IMG/VR virus record: IMGVR_UViG_3300042308_001371
Span: 1-64,000 of that record
Strand: one strand, 5' to 3'
DNA from: a virus
DNA: 64,000 nucleotides
The notes beneath the pieces were generated by a model that worked only from the letters and a program-made list of their open reading frames with translations, was not told where the DNA came from and did no database searches. Of the stretch, positions 17,251-28,053 are shown in pieces (the first letter of the stretch is position 1; every line of letters begins with the position of its first letter). The position numbers were made by a program, and so were the translations under genes.

Positions 17251-17379
17251 GAAAATATATAGCAATTAAATAAAAAGATACTATGTGCAGAAATTGTTAA
17301 AAATAGAAGTTTAAAGCATAGCGTTAGGTAGCTAGGGATAGAGTTATAAAAGGCTAAGAATTTTTAGTAAAGAAGATTT

Positions 17380-17871
17380 ATGTATAAGTTACTTATTAAA
17401 AATGTAGATTCTGGAGAGGAAGAATTAAAAGAATTTGAATCTGCAGAGCTTGCAATTTTGTATAGAGATTATCATTTAGCTTTTGGACAGTGGAATTGTA
17501 CAGTAAAGTGGGTAGATGAAAAATGTTTAACTAATGAACAAAAACCATTCATTATTGATGAAAAGACAGAAATTGTAAATGGAAAACTATCCAGATTATT
17601 TAAGCTTTCTGAAGGTATAGAGGTAAAGGTAGAGGAAGTAGCTAAACAAGAAACCAAATACTTTTGGAAATGTATAAGAAAAACAAGAGATTATTTATTA
17701 CAATCTTCTGACTGGACCCAGCTTGCAGATGCAGATATAGATACAGATCTTAGAAAAGAGTATAGATCTTATAGAGCATACTTAAGATTTCTGCCGAGAT
17801 TACACGACGATAGTACTATATTTCATGCAGAAGTTTATAATTTTGAAGATTGGAAAAAAGGAAAAAGATAA
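17380..17871 (+). CDS. Tail fibre assembly chaperone-like protein
   Basis: RDYLLQSSDWTQLADA...YRAYLRFLP motif. Confidence 0.75.
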   Translation: MYKLLIKNVDSGEEELKEFESAELAILYRDYHLAFGQWNCTVKWVDEKCLTNEQKPFIIDEKTEIVNGKLSRLFKLSEGIEVKVEEVAKQETKYFWKCIRKTRDYLLQSSDWTQLADADIDTDLRKEYRSYRAYLRFLPRLHDDSTIFHAEVYNFEDWKKGKR

Positions 17872-18144
17872 GTGAAGCGTCTAAAAGATCCTAAGTCACA
17901 GTTTACTGAATGGTGTACTAAAAAAGGTATACCAGTCCCGGTATTACGAGATGCGTTATCTCAAAAACCCTCCGCATCTTTTACGCTTTTGGTAATATCT
18001 TCTGGATTAGTTATATTTGGTCTTTTAAATAAAATAGCAAAGTTAGTCGATGGAGTAGATATAGATAATGCATTACAATTTTTTTATGCATGTGCTGGAT
18101 TATATTTTGGAAGAAAATTAACTTCTAAAAAAAAAGAGGGATAA
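17872..18144 (+). CDS. Two-TM membrane protein (holin-like)
   Basis: Two hydrophobic segments, basic C-terminus. Confidence 0.5.
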   Translation: MKRLKDPKSQFTEWCTKKGIPVPVLRDALSQKPSASFTLLVISSGLVIFGLLNKIAKLVDGVDIDNALQFFYACAGLYFGRKLTSKKKEG

Positions 18145-18501
18145 ATGGGTTGTATATTAGATAGTATAAGACTTAAAGAAATATTAGAAGGTTCACAAAC
18201 TGTAAATGTTGATTGGACTTCTCCATCTTTTTCTTTAGATGATAGAGAATCTGAATTTTCAATAATGGTTACTTATGAAAATGGAGTTTCTCCAAATATG
18301 AGGCTGATTCTTCAATTTTCCTCTGATAATGTTAATTTTTCAGATTTAGCAGAGTCCTATCAACGAATTACAGATTCATCTGGAAGTCATATATGGGATA
18401 TAAATGGAGCTGGTTCCTTATATGTACGTGTAAAAGTACTTGTAACATCGGGTTCTATAGATATCTCTAGAATATTTTACGCTGGAAAACAAAGGCATTA
18501 A
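18145..18501 (+). CDS. Putative virion structural protein
   Basis: Beta-rich; LQFSSDNVNF...YVRV pattern. Confidence 0.6.
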   Translation: MGCILDSIRLKEILEGSQTVNVDWTSPSFSLDDRESEFSIMVTYENGVSPNMRLILQFSSDNVNFSDLAESYQRITDSSGSHIWDINGAGSLYVRVKVLVTSGSIDISRIFYAGKQRH

Positions 18502-18503
18502 TT

Positions 18504-21500
18504 ATGGCAAATACATTACTAAGAATAGGCTATATATCTGGTTCTGGTGGAGGAGGGGGAATCTCTCAATACCCAGATCTTGCTAGTTTTCCTCCGACTG
18601 GATCTGTTAACGTCTTATATTTTGCTATTGATACTGCAAAGTTATATGCTTGGGATGGAGCTACTTATGTAGAAGCATCTCCTTCTTTAGTAACTTCTGT
18701 AAATACTCAAGTTGGAGACGTAGTCTTAGATAAGAGCGATGTAGGTTTAGGAAATGTTGATAATACAAGCGATGCCGACAAACCTATAAGTGATGATACT
18801 CAGGCAGCATTAGACGCTTTAGACGACAGAATTATTCCTATTGAAGATCGCGCCGAAGTTTTAACAGTTTACGCTTACGAAAATAATACACAAGTTTATG
18901 CAGACGGACAACCGGGTATAAAAGACCCTTCTGCGTTAATTAGAGATGGTTGGTATTTTAAAAATTCAATAGCTGGACAAAAGATAAACTGGTATTATTT
19001 TGATGGTACAAGCCAAGGTAGTATAACTTTAGGCGATTTTAAATCAGCCTATGCTGTAATGACTTTTGATGCAGTGTCTGGAGCAGCGTCTCCAATTATT
19101 GCAATTTATACATTTCCTACTGGAGCTGGGGACGTAATCCCCGGCTTTGCTCATTCAAGAATTGTTTACGACGGACCAATGACTCCGACTCCAGTGGTTG
19201 GAAAACAATATTTAGTATATGTCGGAGAAAACCCCTCTGTTAATCCAGAGCTTCCCAGAATTAATCTATCTTTAATTCCCGGCTTATCAATTGGAGACAA
19301 ACTTCCAACTGAACAAATCTTAACTATTTCATTTGGTTCTTCTTCAGGAGTCGCGGTAAATCAAATTCAATACATGGTTGAAACTTTGGGATTATTCTCA
19401 GATCCCGTTAAGCATGAAATGGATTTAAGAATTAGGGTTGCTTCTGAGGATGCATTAGATCTTAAAGTTGCTAAAGCTGGCGACACGATGTCCGGACTTT
19501 TAGATATCACGGTTACAGGGGCTGCTGCTCTTGAAGCTAATGATATTGTTATTGGTAACCCATGGGGCGCAGGGTACTCTGTAATCACAGGAAAAGATGG
19601 TTCGACTGATGCTCTGTATATACAGTCGGCAGATCAATTAGGTACATTTGCTGGAAATTCTTCTAAACCAGTAACCGTTGGTTCAGGTTATACGCAAGGT
19701 GCAAATTCTGGAGCTGTTGAGGTTCTTTCAGCTCCGGCAGCAGTAAGCGGGGCTTCTGGTTCTGTTTATATTCATTCGGGAGATACCGTCGGTGCTACTG
19801 GGTTTACAACTGTAAAATCTGGTAATTCATCGTCAAGTAGTACAGGTACTGCTGTTTTAAGATCAGGTGATGCTGCGGTAAGCTCAGGTAACACACAAGT
19901 TAGATCTGGAAATTCTGTTGCAAATTCAGGTGTAACATCTCTTCTCTCTGGTCAATCTTCTGGTGGGAGTTCTGGTCAAGTTCAAGTTCAGTCGGGCGCT
20001 GCTGCAGTAGCTTCTGGAAATATCTTAATTTCTTCTGGTTCTGCAGCTACGCGAGGATTGGTTCAAATTGATGGTTCTAAGCTAAATATGCTTACTTCTA
20101 TTGATATGAACTCTAGTAAGATTACTGAATTACTTGATCCTACTGATAATCAAGATGCTGCAACAAAAAAATATGTTGACGACAAAGATGCATTAAAACA
20201 ATCTTTAATAGATAAAAATCAGGCGAATGGATATGTTGGATTGAATGGTTCAACAAAAATCGATTCAATATATTTACCTAGTTATGTTGATGATGTATTA
20301 GAATTTGCAAGTCTTTCAGTTTTTCCTTTGGTTGGAGAAACTGGGATTATTTATTTGGCATTAGATACAAATCTTTGTTATAGATGGGCTGGTTCTGTAT
20401 ATGTAGAAATTTCTGCTGCTCCTGTTATTTCAGTAAATACTAAAGTTGGTGCAGTTGTATTAGATAAAACCGACATTGGCTTGGATCAAGTTGATAATAC
20501 TTCAGATGCTGATAAACAAATATCAGATGCAACTCAGTTGGCTTTGGATGATAAAGTAAGTAAAACTGGCGATACGATGACTGGCCAGCTTACGATGCAA
20601 GATGATTCAATTCTAATAGATGCTTCTATTTCAGAAGGAATGCCAAATACTCTATTACTTGAATCAGGAACAATCCAGTCAACTGTTATAAATGGAGATA
20701 TAACTTCAACATCTATTTTGTATCCTTATCAACACTCAATACAAACTACTGACAGTGTATCCACTTCAAATACATCGTTAACTATTAGTGCAGAACATAA
20801 TGCTCCTATCCTTGAGGTTTCAATTGTAAATGCTGAAACTGAAATGGATTCTACGGTTAATATACTTAATTCTGGATTATATGTTACTAACATAGATTAT
20901 ACTAATAATAATGAACTTTTAGGTAATTTTATTGCTGGATCTTTCATCATTGAAACCATTCTAGCTGATTCAAGTAACAGTACTATTGTTGGTGATCCAA
21001 CTGGTATAACTCTTTCTAGCTTTGATGGAGATGTCACAACCGAACCGTTAATGCCTGCGACTGATTTTCATGTAACAGTTAAAAAGTACGTAGATGATGC
21101 TGACGATTTAAAAGAAAATTTAGCCAATAAATCAATCGACGGAACATTAGCTTCTAATTCAGACACGTTATACCCTTCTCAAAAAGCAGTTAAAACTTAC
21201 GTAGACTCTGTAAGTGGTGGAGGCACTGCGAATTTTGAAGCCTCTACATATTACCACGAATTACATGTTAATTACGATTTCACTGGAGCTACCTCAGATG
21301 GCTCTCCATATAGACCATTTAAAACCACTCAAGCAGCAGTAAACGCTGCTCAATTACAAAATATTGGTGGTAATACTGCCATTTTAATTCATTTAAAAAA
21401 TGATATTAATATTGTGGAAAATATTGCAATAACTAATGCCGTATCTAACTTATACATTATGCCAGCAGTTAGAAACAATACTTCCTCTGCTCCTCTTAAA

Positions 21501-24011
21501 ATTATAGGTAGTCTAACAATTAGCGGATCTCAGACAAATAGAGTTCGTGTTCAGGATATTGAGTTTACCCCAACTTCTGGTTATGCTTTAGTTATTAACG
21601 ATACTCAAGGAAGACATTTATTTCAGAATTGTGGTTTTGTAAATGGATCAGTCGCTGGTCAAGCTGGAACAGGAGTAAATTTAACTAGTACTTATAGAAA
21701 TTTTCTTGAATTTGTAGATTGTACAATTGAAGGTACTTTAAACATCGCAGGAACTCCCGTAGCTGGTACGACTGTTTTAATGTATCGTTGTAAGCTCGGT
21801 TATGCGAATGTTATTGTAAATAGTGCAAATATTGCCGTTGGAATATATGATACCTATGGTATCTATGGACTTACTCATACCGCTGGTGCTTTGGCAATTA
21901 CTGGGTTGTGGGGAATTGCTCAGACTGGATTTTTTAATTCAACTGCAACTTTAACTGCCACTAACGTATTAAGTCTTTCAAACGTCTCACTACAAAAACC
22001 TGATTTAAGTTTTGTTGCTTTAAATAAAACAGGAACATGTTTTTATCAATTGATGAATGTACATCGTGGGGAAACTGCTGATGTTTTAAATGGCACGAGA
22101 GTTGTATATGGTCCAACTGCTACCGATGCCGGGTATAAAATGGGTACATCAGGAAACTGGCCCGCTGCAGTATCTAACGTGGCTGGGGCTTTAGATAGCT
22201 TAGCTGCTAATAAAATTGCTATAACCCAAAAAGCTGCAATAAATGGAGTAGCTTCTCTTGATGGAACTGGTAAAGTTCCTCTTTCTCAGCTTCCTGCATC
22301 TACATTTGCAGCTGATGTATTAGAGTTTGCTAATTTAGCAGCATTTCCTATACCCGGAGCAGCGGGAATTGTATATGTAGCGTTAGATACTAATAAAATA
22401 TATAGATGGAATACAACAGTTTATACTGAGTTATCTACAGCTCCAGTTACTTCTGTTAATGGAAAAACTAACGTAGTTACTCTAAATGCAATAGATGTGC
22501 CATTTTCTCCTACAGCAACTATTTTATCAACCGATGTACAGTCGGCTATTGTTGAAATTCAAGCTGCATCCACATCAACGGCTATTTATCAAGATACAAA
22601 AGAACCTACTGGATTTTTAAATAGAACAGATTCGGCTATTTCTTTTGTCGATGGTACTAGAATTTTTACAATTGCACCAGTTACAACTTCATTTGATTTT
22701 TATATTAAAGGTACTAAGTTTACAAAAAGTACTGCACAGAATTTAACTATTCCTAATTTATCAGGAAATCATTATATTTACTTTAATACTTCTGGAGTTT
22801 TAGAATCTACCCAAATATTTAGTAGTGATATTATTGAGCAGAATGCTTTTGTTTCAGTTATTTATTGGAACACAGATTTAAATACCCATACGTATTTTGC
22901 AGAAGAGAGACATGGTATAACGATGGATGGGGCAACTCACATATACCTACATACTACTTTTGGAGCAAGGTACTTATCAGGATTAGCCTTACAAGGTTTT
23001 ACGCCTGATGGTAATGGTAGTCTTGATGCACATGCTCAGTTTACCGCTGATGAAGGCTCTATTAGAGATGAAGATATACTTTTATCAAGTGCAGCTCAGG
23101 CTCAGATTCCTATTCTTTTCAGACAAGGCCAGTTATGGAGAAAAAAGGCAGCGGATGCATTTCCTTTAATCTATAGCGGTACAGCTGGATATACAGGAGC
23201 CAATGGAAGAATTCCATATAATCAATTCGTTGCGGGATCTTGGCAGTTAACACAAGTAACTAGCGGGGATTATGTATTAGTACATTTTTTTGCAACAAAC
23301 GATAAAGAGAATCCTATTGTAGGTATTCAAGGTATTGCTCAATATAATAATGCTCCACAAGCAAAAGCTGCGGCAAGTACTGAAATTACTAGTCTATCTG
23401 GACTTCCTTTTGCAGAATTTGTAGCAATTGGTACAGTTTTGTTCCAAACTAATACTTATGCTAATACTCCAGATGCTAGGGTTGTGAGTGTAAATGGAGC
23501 TACTTACATTGATTTTAGAGGAACTCAGCTTTATACTCCAGCTGGAGAAGCGACTACTCATAGTCTTTTGTCAGGATTAAGTAACGATGATCATATCCAA
23601 TACCATACTGATGCTAGAGGAGATATCAGATACTATACAAAAGCTCAGGTAGATACCCTAATAACTGGAATAACATCTACGGGAGACATTGATGAGAAGT
23701 TGTTTAGCATTTCAAATTCACAGGCACTTCCAGACAATGTCCATAATTTTGTATTTTCAAATTCAATTGTAAGAGCATTTGAAGCACTTGTATCTATTGA
23801 AATAGAGGCGACCGCTTCATTGTATGAGACTGTTAAGATTTCAGGAATTCAGAAAGGATCTGACTGGGATATCACCCTTATTTCTAGTGGGGATATTAGT
23901 GGTGTGGCCTTTAGTATTACTACTTCTGGTCAAATTCAGTATACGTCGGATAACGTGGCTGGTTTTGTTTCTGGAATCCTTAAATTTAGGGCAATTACAA
24001 CCTCAGTATAA
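18504..24011 (+). CDS. Large mosaic tail fibre/spike (1835 aa)
   Basis: Three copies of LASFP..G..LY.A.DT...Y.W....YVE + VTSVN; GLGNVDNTSDADKP; DAATKKYVD; SG-rich beta-helix. Confidence 0.85.
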   Translation: MANTLLRIGYISGSGGGGGISQYPDLASFPPTGSVNVLYFAIDTAKLYAWDGATYVEASPSLVTSVNTQVGDVVLDKSDVGLGNVDNTSDADKPISDDTQAALDALDDRIIPIEDRAEVLTVYAYENNTQVYADGQPGIKDPSALIRDGWYFKNSIAGQKINWYYFDGTSQGSITLGDFKSAYAVMTFDAVSGAASPIIAIYTFPTGAGDVIPGFAHSRIVYDGPMTPTPVVGKQYLVYVGENPSVNPELPRINLSLIPGLSIGDKLPTEQILTISFGSSSGVAVNQIQYMVETLGLFSDPVKHEMDLRIRVASEDALDLKVAKAGDTMSGLLDITVTGAAALEANDIVIGNPWGAGYSVITGKDGSTDALYIQSADQLGTFAGNSSKPVTVGSGYTQGANSGAVEVLSAPAAVSGASGSVYIHSGDTVGATGFTTVKSGNSSSSSTGTAVLRSGDAAVSSGNTQVRSGNSVANSGVTSLLSGQSSGGSSGQVQVQSGAAAVASGNILISSGSAATRGLVQIDGSKLNMLTSIDMNSSKITELLDPTDNQDAATKKYVDDKDALKQSLIDKNQANGYVGLNGSTKIDSIYLPSYVDDVLEFASLSVFPLVGETGIIYLALDTNLCYRWAGSVYVEISAAPVISVNTKVGAVVLDKTDIGLDQVDNTSDADKQISDATQLALDDKVSKTGDTMTGQLTMQDDSILIDASISEGMPNTLLLESGTIQSTVINGDITSTSILYPYQHSIQTTDSVSTSNTSLTISAEHNAPILEVSIVNAETEMDSTVNILNSGLYVTNIDYTNNNELLGNFIAGSFIIETILADSSNSTIVGDPTGITLSSFDGDVTTEPLMPATDFHVTVKKYVDDADDLKENLANKSIDGTLASNSDTLYPSQKAVKTYVDSVSGGGTANFEASTYYHELHVNYDFTGATSDGSPYRPFKTTQAAVNAAQLQNIGGNTAILIHLKNDINIVENIAITNAVSNLYIMPAVRNNTSSAPLKIIGSLTISGSQTNRVRVQDIEFTPTSGYALVINDTQGRHLFQNCGFVNGSVAGQAGTGVNLTSTYRNFLEFVDCTIEGTLNIAGTPVAGTTVLMYRCKLGYANVIVNSANIAVGIYDTYGIYGLTHTAGALAITGLWGIAQTGFFNSTATLTATNVLSLSNVSLQKPDLSFVALNKTGTCFYQLMNVHRGETADVLNGTRVVYGPTATDAGYKMGTSGNWPAAVSNVAGALDSLAANKIAITQKAAINGVASLDGTGKVPLSQLPASTFAADVLEFANLAAFPIPGAAGIVYVALDTNKIYRWNTTVYTELSTAPVTSVNGKTNVVTLNAIDVPFSPTATILSTDVQSAIVEIQAASTSTAIYQDTKEPTGFLNRTDSAISFVDGTRIFTIAPVTTSFDFYIKGTKFTKSTAQNLTIPNLSGNHYIYFNTSGVLESTQIFSSDIIEQNAFVSVIYWNTDLNTHTYFAEERHGITMDGATHIYLHTTFGARYLSGLALQGFTPDGNGSLDAHAQFTADEGSIRDEDILLSSAAQAQIPILFRQGQLWRKKAADAFPLIYSGTAGYTGANGRIPYNQFVAGSWQLTQVTSGDYVLVHFFATNDKENPIVGIQGIAQYNNAPQAKAAASTEITSLSGLPFAEFVAIGTVLFQTNTYANTPDARVVSVNGATYIDFRGTQLYTPAGEATTHSLLSGLSNDDHIQYHTDARGDIRYYTKAQVDTLITGITSTGDIDEKLFSISNSQALPDNVHNFVFSNSIVRAFEALVSIEIEATASLYETVKISGIQKGSDWDITLISSGDISGVAFSITTSGQIQYTSDNVAGFVSGILKFRAITTSV

Positions 24012-24045
24012 TGTAATTTCGGCTATTTAAATACGGCATAGAAAG

Positions 24046-24055
24046 CACCCTTATA
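24046..24055 (+). promoter_or_regulatory. Putative late promoter motif CACCCTTATA
   Basis: Intergenic. Confidence 0.7.
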
Positions 24056-24068
24056 ATACAGAGGTAAC

Positions 24069-24914
24069 ATGGCACAGGTAAAGCCTAATCCAAATTCATT
24101 CTATGATCCGGGCTTAATTGTCAAGGAAATCCATGACTTACATGCTAAGTCTATTAGGGTATCCGATACTAGATCCGTAGTAGATAAGTTTTATACTCAC
24201 TTTAGGGTTTTATACACTGAGCTAAATTTACCATCAGAAGTTTCTTATTTTAGAGGAACAAGATCTCATACAACTATAATAGGTTGTGTTGATGATGTTG
24301 AAGCCTCCCTCCAAAATTCATATATTAAAATATACTCCTGTCCAGATAATACTCCATTCCATATTTGGTTTAATGTAGATAATCTAGGAGTTCCCCCAAC
24401 AATTCCCGGATCTACTGCAATTGAGATTCCTATAAATAAAAATGAAGGATCTTCTGTTATATCTATGGCTGTGGGTTTAATTATAAACTCTTTGTTTAAA
24501 TCTGATTTTTCAGTATCTAGATCTAATTCGGTTGTTGAAATTACAGCGGTTGGAATGGGTGAGATACTCGATTCATCAGACGAAGGAACTGGGTTTGCGT
24601 TAGTAAACTCTAGAGGAGAGCAGGAATTAGCTAATTATATTCAAATAGGATATCAGGATCTGCATCCTGTATATAAAGGACAAGTTTTAAAAAATTACAT
24701 CTTTAATGTATTTTCTGGACAATTTGAAATTAAAGAAGAGCTTCCAACAACTATTCAAGAAGTGGTCTGGGATGAAATTGTAACAACATTTCCACTTGAA
24801 AATCAAGAGCTGTATTCTTATAAATATAACTCTAATTTAGTTCAAGAAATGCTAGTAACTTATATTGATGCTACAAAAAAAGCAATAGTATCTATTCAAA
24901 AGACAAGGTATTAA
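24069..24914 (+). CDS. Putative virion structural protein
   Basis: Contains FHIWFNV...IEIPI module also present in nozzle protein. Confidence 0.65.
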   Translation: MAQVKPNPNSFYDPGLIVKEIHDLHAKSIRVSDTRSVVDKFYTHFRVLYTELNLPSEVSYFRGTRSHTTIIGCVDDVEASLQNSYIKIYSCPDNTPFHIWFNVDNLGVPPTIPGSTAIEIPINKNEGSSVISMAVGLIINSLFKSDFSVSRSNSVVEITAVGMGEILDSSDEGTGFALVNSRGEQELANYIQIGYQDLHPVYKGQVLKNYIFNVFSGQFEIKEELPTTIQEVVWDEIVTTFPLENQELYSYKYNSNLVQEMLVTYIDATKKAIVSIQKTRY

Positions 24915-25100
24915 ATGTCTTGGAAATTTGATCCATTTATTATGAGTCTAATCTGGGTAGCTCCAATCTCTATTGTAGATAATGTAGGGGATATCGACAT
25001 GGGTACAGTAGATAGCGATATTATAATTGACATGGGTTCTAGAGAGGATAGTCCTTCTGGCATTGATCAGGGATTAAGAGTATACGATGGCGATTTTTAA
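24915..25100 (+). CDS. Small putative structural protein
   Basis: 61 aa; coupled. Confidence 0.6.
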   Translation: MSWKFDPFIMSLIWVAPISIVDNVGDIDMGTVDSDIIIDMGSREDSPSGIDQGLRVYDGDF

Positions 25101-25464
25101 AGCTCCCAAATTAACTAGTGCTCAAAGAAACAACCTCGTTCTAGAGGTTAGTGAACTTGTATATGATTTAGATCAAAAAGCATTCTACGGTGGAGACGGC
25201 TCTGTATCTGGTGGCTTTTTAGTTGGTGCTACCTCCGGCTTTATTGTTGAAACAATTGAATTAACGCAACAAAATATAAATGATAAGTTTGTGACGCTTG
25301 CGCAAACACCCTTAATTCCTAGTGCTGTAATTGTTACTCCAGAGGGTGGAATATCTCAAGTTAATGGAGTTGATTATAGTATTATCGGTAGTAAATTATC
25401 ATGGGAAAATTTAGGATTAGATGATTTTTTAGATAGTACAGATGTACTGATAATTCAGTACTGA
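25087..25464 (+). CDS. Putative fibre-associated protein
   Basis: ELVYDLD...FYGGDG (Mtd-N-like) and NGVDYSI modules. Confidence 0.65.
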   Translation: MAIFKAPKLTSAQRNNLVLEVSELVYDLDQKAFYGGDGSVSGGFLVGATSGFIVETIELTQQNINDKFVTLAQTPLIPSAVIVTPEGGISQVNGVDYSIIGSKLSWENLGLDDFLDSTDVLIIQY

Positions 25465-25494
25465 CCCCCGCCATAACAAAAACAAGGAGAAATC

Positions 25495-27999
25495 ATGGCC
25501 CAGCAAATTAAAAAGAAGTTTATCCAAAACGACGCAGTCGATGGACAAAAACTCAAACTTCAAAAAGACCAATCAATTCGTGGTCAGAAACAGGACGGAT
25601 CAGAAGTCGAATTACTAAAAATGGATGGTAGCGATAAGCTAGTATCTGGTGGACAAGAGCTTGCTTTTAAAGAAGTTGTAGACGCTCAAGTTTCAGATCT
25701 TCAAGATAAACTTGATTCTGAAGAAGCTTCTCGTATTTCTGGAGATGAAACGCTTCAGTCAAATTTGAATGTTGAACAGTCTGCTAGAGAACAAGCTGAT
25801 CAAGGTCTTCAATCTTCAATTAGTTCTGAAGAGGCTCGTGCTGAAAGTGAAGAATCTCGTATTGAATCTAAATTAGATAGCATGATTGTTTCTGAAGAGT
25901 CTGCTCGTGAAAGTGCGGATCAAGGCTTGCAGTCTCAAATTAACACAGAAAAAGGTCGCGTTGACGCTATCCTTTTAGCTTCTGATGCTGATAAAGATTC
26001 ATTTGCTGAAATCGTTCAATTGATTAACTCTGTTGATACTGAGAATGATTCTGCTTTTGGTTCTTACGTTCTTTCAAATAATGCAGCTTTAGCTTCTGAA
26101 GTTTCTTCTCGTGAGCAAGGTGATCAAGATCTTCAGTCTAACATTGATGCCGAAGAGTCTCGTGCTAGTGACGAAGAATCTCGTATTGAGTCTAAGTTTG
26201 ACGGTATGCTCGCTTCTGAAGAAGCTGCTCGTATTGCTGGTGACTCTGCTGAGCAAACTCGGGCTATGGGTATTGAATCTAGCTTACAATCTCAGATTAC
26301 TCAAGAAGTTTCTGATAGACAATCTGCTATTTCTAGCGAAGAATCTGCTCGTCAGTCTGCAGACTCTAGCTTACAGTCTAGCTTAAATTCTGAAATTTCT
26401 GATCGCCAAGCTGCGGTTTCTGCTGAAGCTTCTGCTCGTCAAGCTGCAGATTCAGATCTTCAATCTCAACATGATGATCTCGATGGTTATGCTCAAGATG
26501 TTCGCTCTGACTTGGATGATCTAGATGGTTATGCTCAAGACATTCGTTCTGATTTAGATCAGGAAATTGTTGATAGAGCTGCGGCGGTCTCTGCTGAAGC
26601 TTCTGCTAGACAATCTGCTGATTCTAGCTTACAATCTAGTCTGAGTTCAGAAGTTAGTCGTGCTCAATCTGCTGAGTCTACTGAGCAAGCTGCTCGTATT
26701 GCAGGAGATGCTTCTTTACAAAGCTCTTTAGATTCTGAAATTTCTTCTAGACAATCAGCTGATTCTCAACTTCAGTCTAATATTGATTCAGAACAAGCTG
26801 CTCGTATTGCTGGGGATTCTTCTACTTTACAATCTTCTAAAGATTATACAGATGGAAAAATCTCTCTTGTAATGAGTAATTTGGATACGGAAGCTCTAGA
26901 TTCATTAGTTGAAATTGTTACAGCTTTCCAAAATGCCGACGGTGATTTGAACGATACAATTTCTAGTTTATCTTCTGCTGCTTCTTCTGCACTTGCTGCT
27001 GAGCAAGCTGCTAGAATTTCTGGAGATGAGTCACTTCAATCAAATCTTGATGCTGAATCTGATCGTGCTATGTCTAAAGAATCTGAATTAGAAGATTCTA
27101 TTGATTCTGAACAGTCTAGAGCTATGGACGCTGAGAGTTTGATTCAATCGAATCTCGATGCTTATTCTCTTCAGAATGACATTAATCTCAATTCTATCCA
27201 TGAGCAAATGCAAATCAATGATGAGCGTGCTGGTGCAGCAGAAGAAGGTCTCCGAACCGAACTTGAAGCTGAAATTGAGCGCGCAATGGCTGCTGAGCAA
27301 GGTCTTGAAGACAACAAAATGAATCGCGGCGGTGATTCAGTAGAAGGTGAATACTTCTTTGATGATGGTGAGGGTGTTGTCTCTTCTATTTTGGGAACTG
27401 GATTTAAGGTTGAACAAGATCTTGGATATAAAGTTCTTAAAACTGAAATTAAGTCAGATAGAATTAACTTTAGCTCTCAGAATGGTAGCTTAGTTGTTTC
27501 TGGTGATCAGATTGCTCTTTCTCACATTGTTCCAGAAGCATCAGGACTTCCTGAAGCTGGCTTTGATGTATTTGTTGGTACTGACAACAATACTATGCGT
27601 ATGGGACAATTTTATAACTATGAAGGCGTAACACAGCCTTATCTTCCTGTTGAAGGACATGAGTTTACTGTTAAAGCTTATGTTGATCAGCAAGATTCAG
27701 CATTGTCTGACAGAATTACAGCTCTTGAAGTTCAAACTGATGGTCCTTACTTTCAAAAACAAAAGTTTGTTATTGACGAAACTTCTGAGTTAAGTTCTAT
27801 TGAGCTTTCTCATGAGTGTATGGAAAATTCACTTACTGTTTGTGTTGGTCGTTTGATGGTTCACAAAGACGAAGATTACTCTGTTTCAGTTGTAGACGGT
27901 AAATCCGTTCTGACATGGATGGGTGATTTTGCTCAAGGTGAATCTGAAGGTATCGAAGAAGGCGATGTAATTTTTGTTACATTCGCTAGAGAAGTTTAA
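25495..27999 (+). CDS. Long coiled-coil fibre protein
   Basis: Many E..AR..AD..LQS repeats; two DS..EIV neck motifs; AAGGAG RBS; own terminator. Confidence 0.8.
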   Translation: MAQQIKKKFIQNDAVDGQKLKLQKDQSIRGQKQDGSEVELLKMDGSDKLVSGGQELAFKEVVDAQVSDLQDKLDSEEASRISGDETLQSNLNVEQSAREQADQGLQSSISSEEARAESEESRIESKLDSMIVSEESARESADQGLQSQINTEKGRVDAILLASDADKDSFAEIVQLINSVDTENDSAFGSYVLSNNAALASEVSSREQGDQDLQSNIDAEESRASDEESRIESKFDGMLASEEAARIAGDSAEQTRAMGIESSLQSQITQEVSDRQSAISSEESARQSADSSLQSSLNSEISDRQAAVSAEASARQAADSDLQSQHDDLDGYAQDVRSDLDDLDGYAQDIRSDLDQEIVDRAAAVSAEASARQSADSSLQSSLSSEVSRAQSAESTEQAARIAGDASLQSSLDSEISSRQSADSQLQSNIDSEQAARIAGDSSTLQSSKDYTDGKISLVMSNLDTEALDSLVEIVTAFQNADGDLNDTISSLSSAASSALAAEQAARISGDESLQSNLDAESDRAMSKESELEDSIDSEQSRAMDAESLIQSNLDAYSLQNDINLNSIHEQMQINDERAGAAEEGLRTELEAEIERAMAAEQGLEDNKMNRGGDSVEGEYFFDDGEGVVSSILGTGFKVEQDLGYKVLKTEIKSDRINFSSQNGSLVVSGDQIALSHIVPEASGLPEAGFDVFVGTDNNTMRMGQFYNYEGVTQPYLPVEGHEFTVKAYVDQQDSALSDRITALEVQTDGPYFQKQKFVIDETSELSSIELSHECMENSLTVCVGRLMVHKDEDYSVSVVDGKSVLTWMGDFAQGESEGIEEGDVIFVTFAREV

Positions 28000-28011
28000 T
28001 ATATTTTAATG

Positions 28012-28034
28012 GAGGGGAGAAATCCCCTCTTTTT
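28012..28034 (+). terminator. Rho-independent terminator
   Basis: GAGGGGA-GAAA-TCCCCTC-TTTTT. Confidence 0.85.
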
Positions 28035-28053
28035 ACTTTTTTAAGGAGACTAT

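Noticed and set aside
17251-17379. Gene or RNA in the 129-bp gap
   Set aside because: No convincing ORF, motif or stem; possibly a remnant but unsupported.
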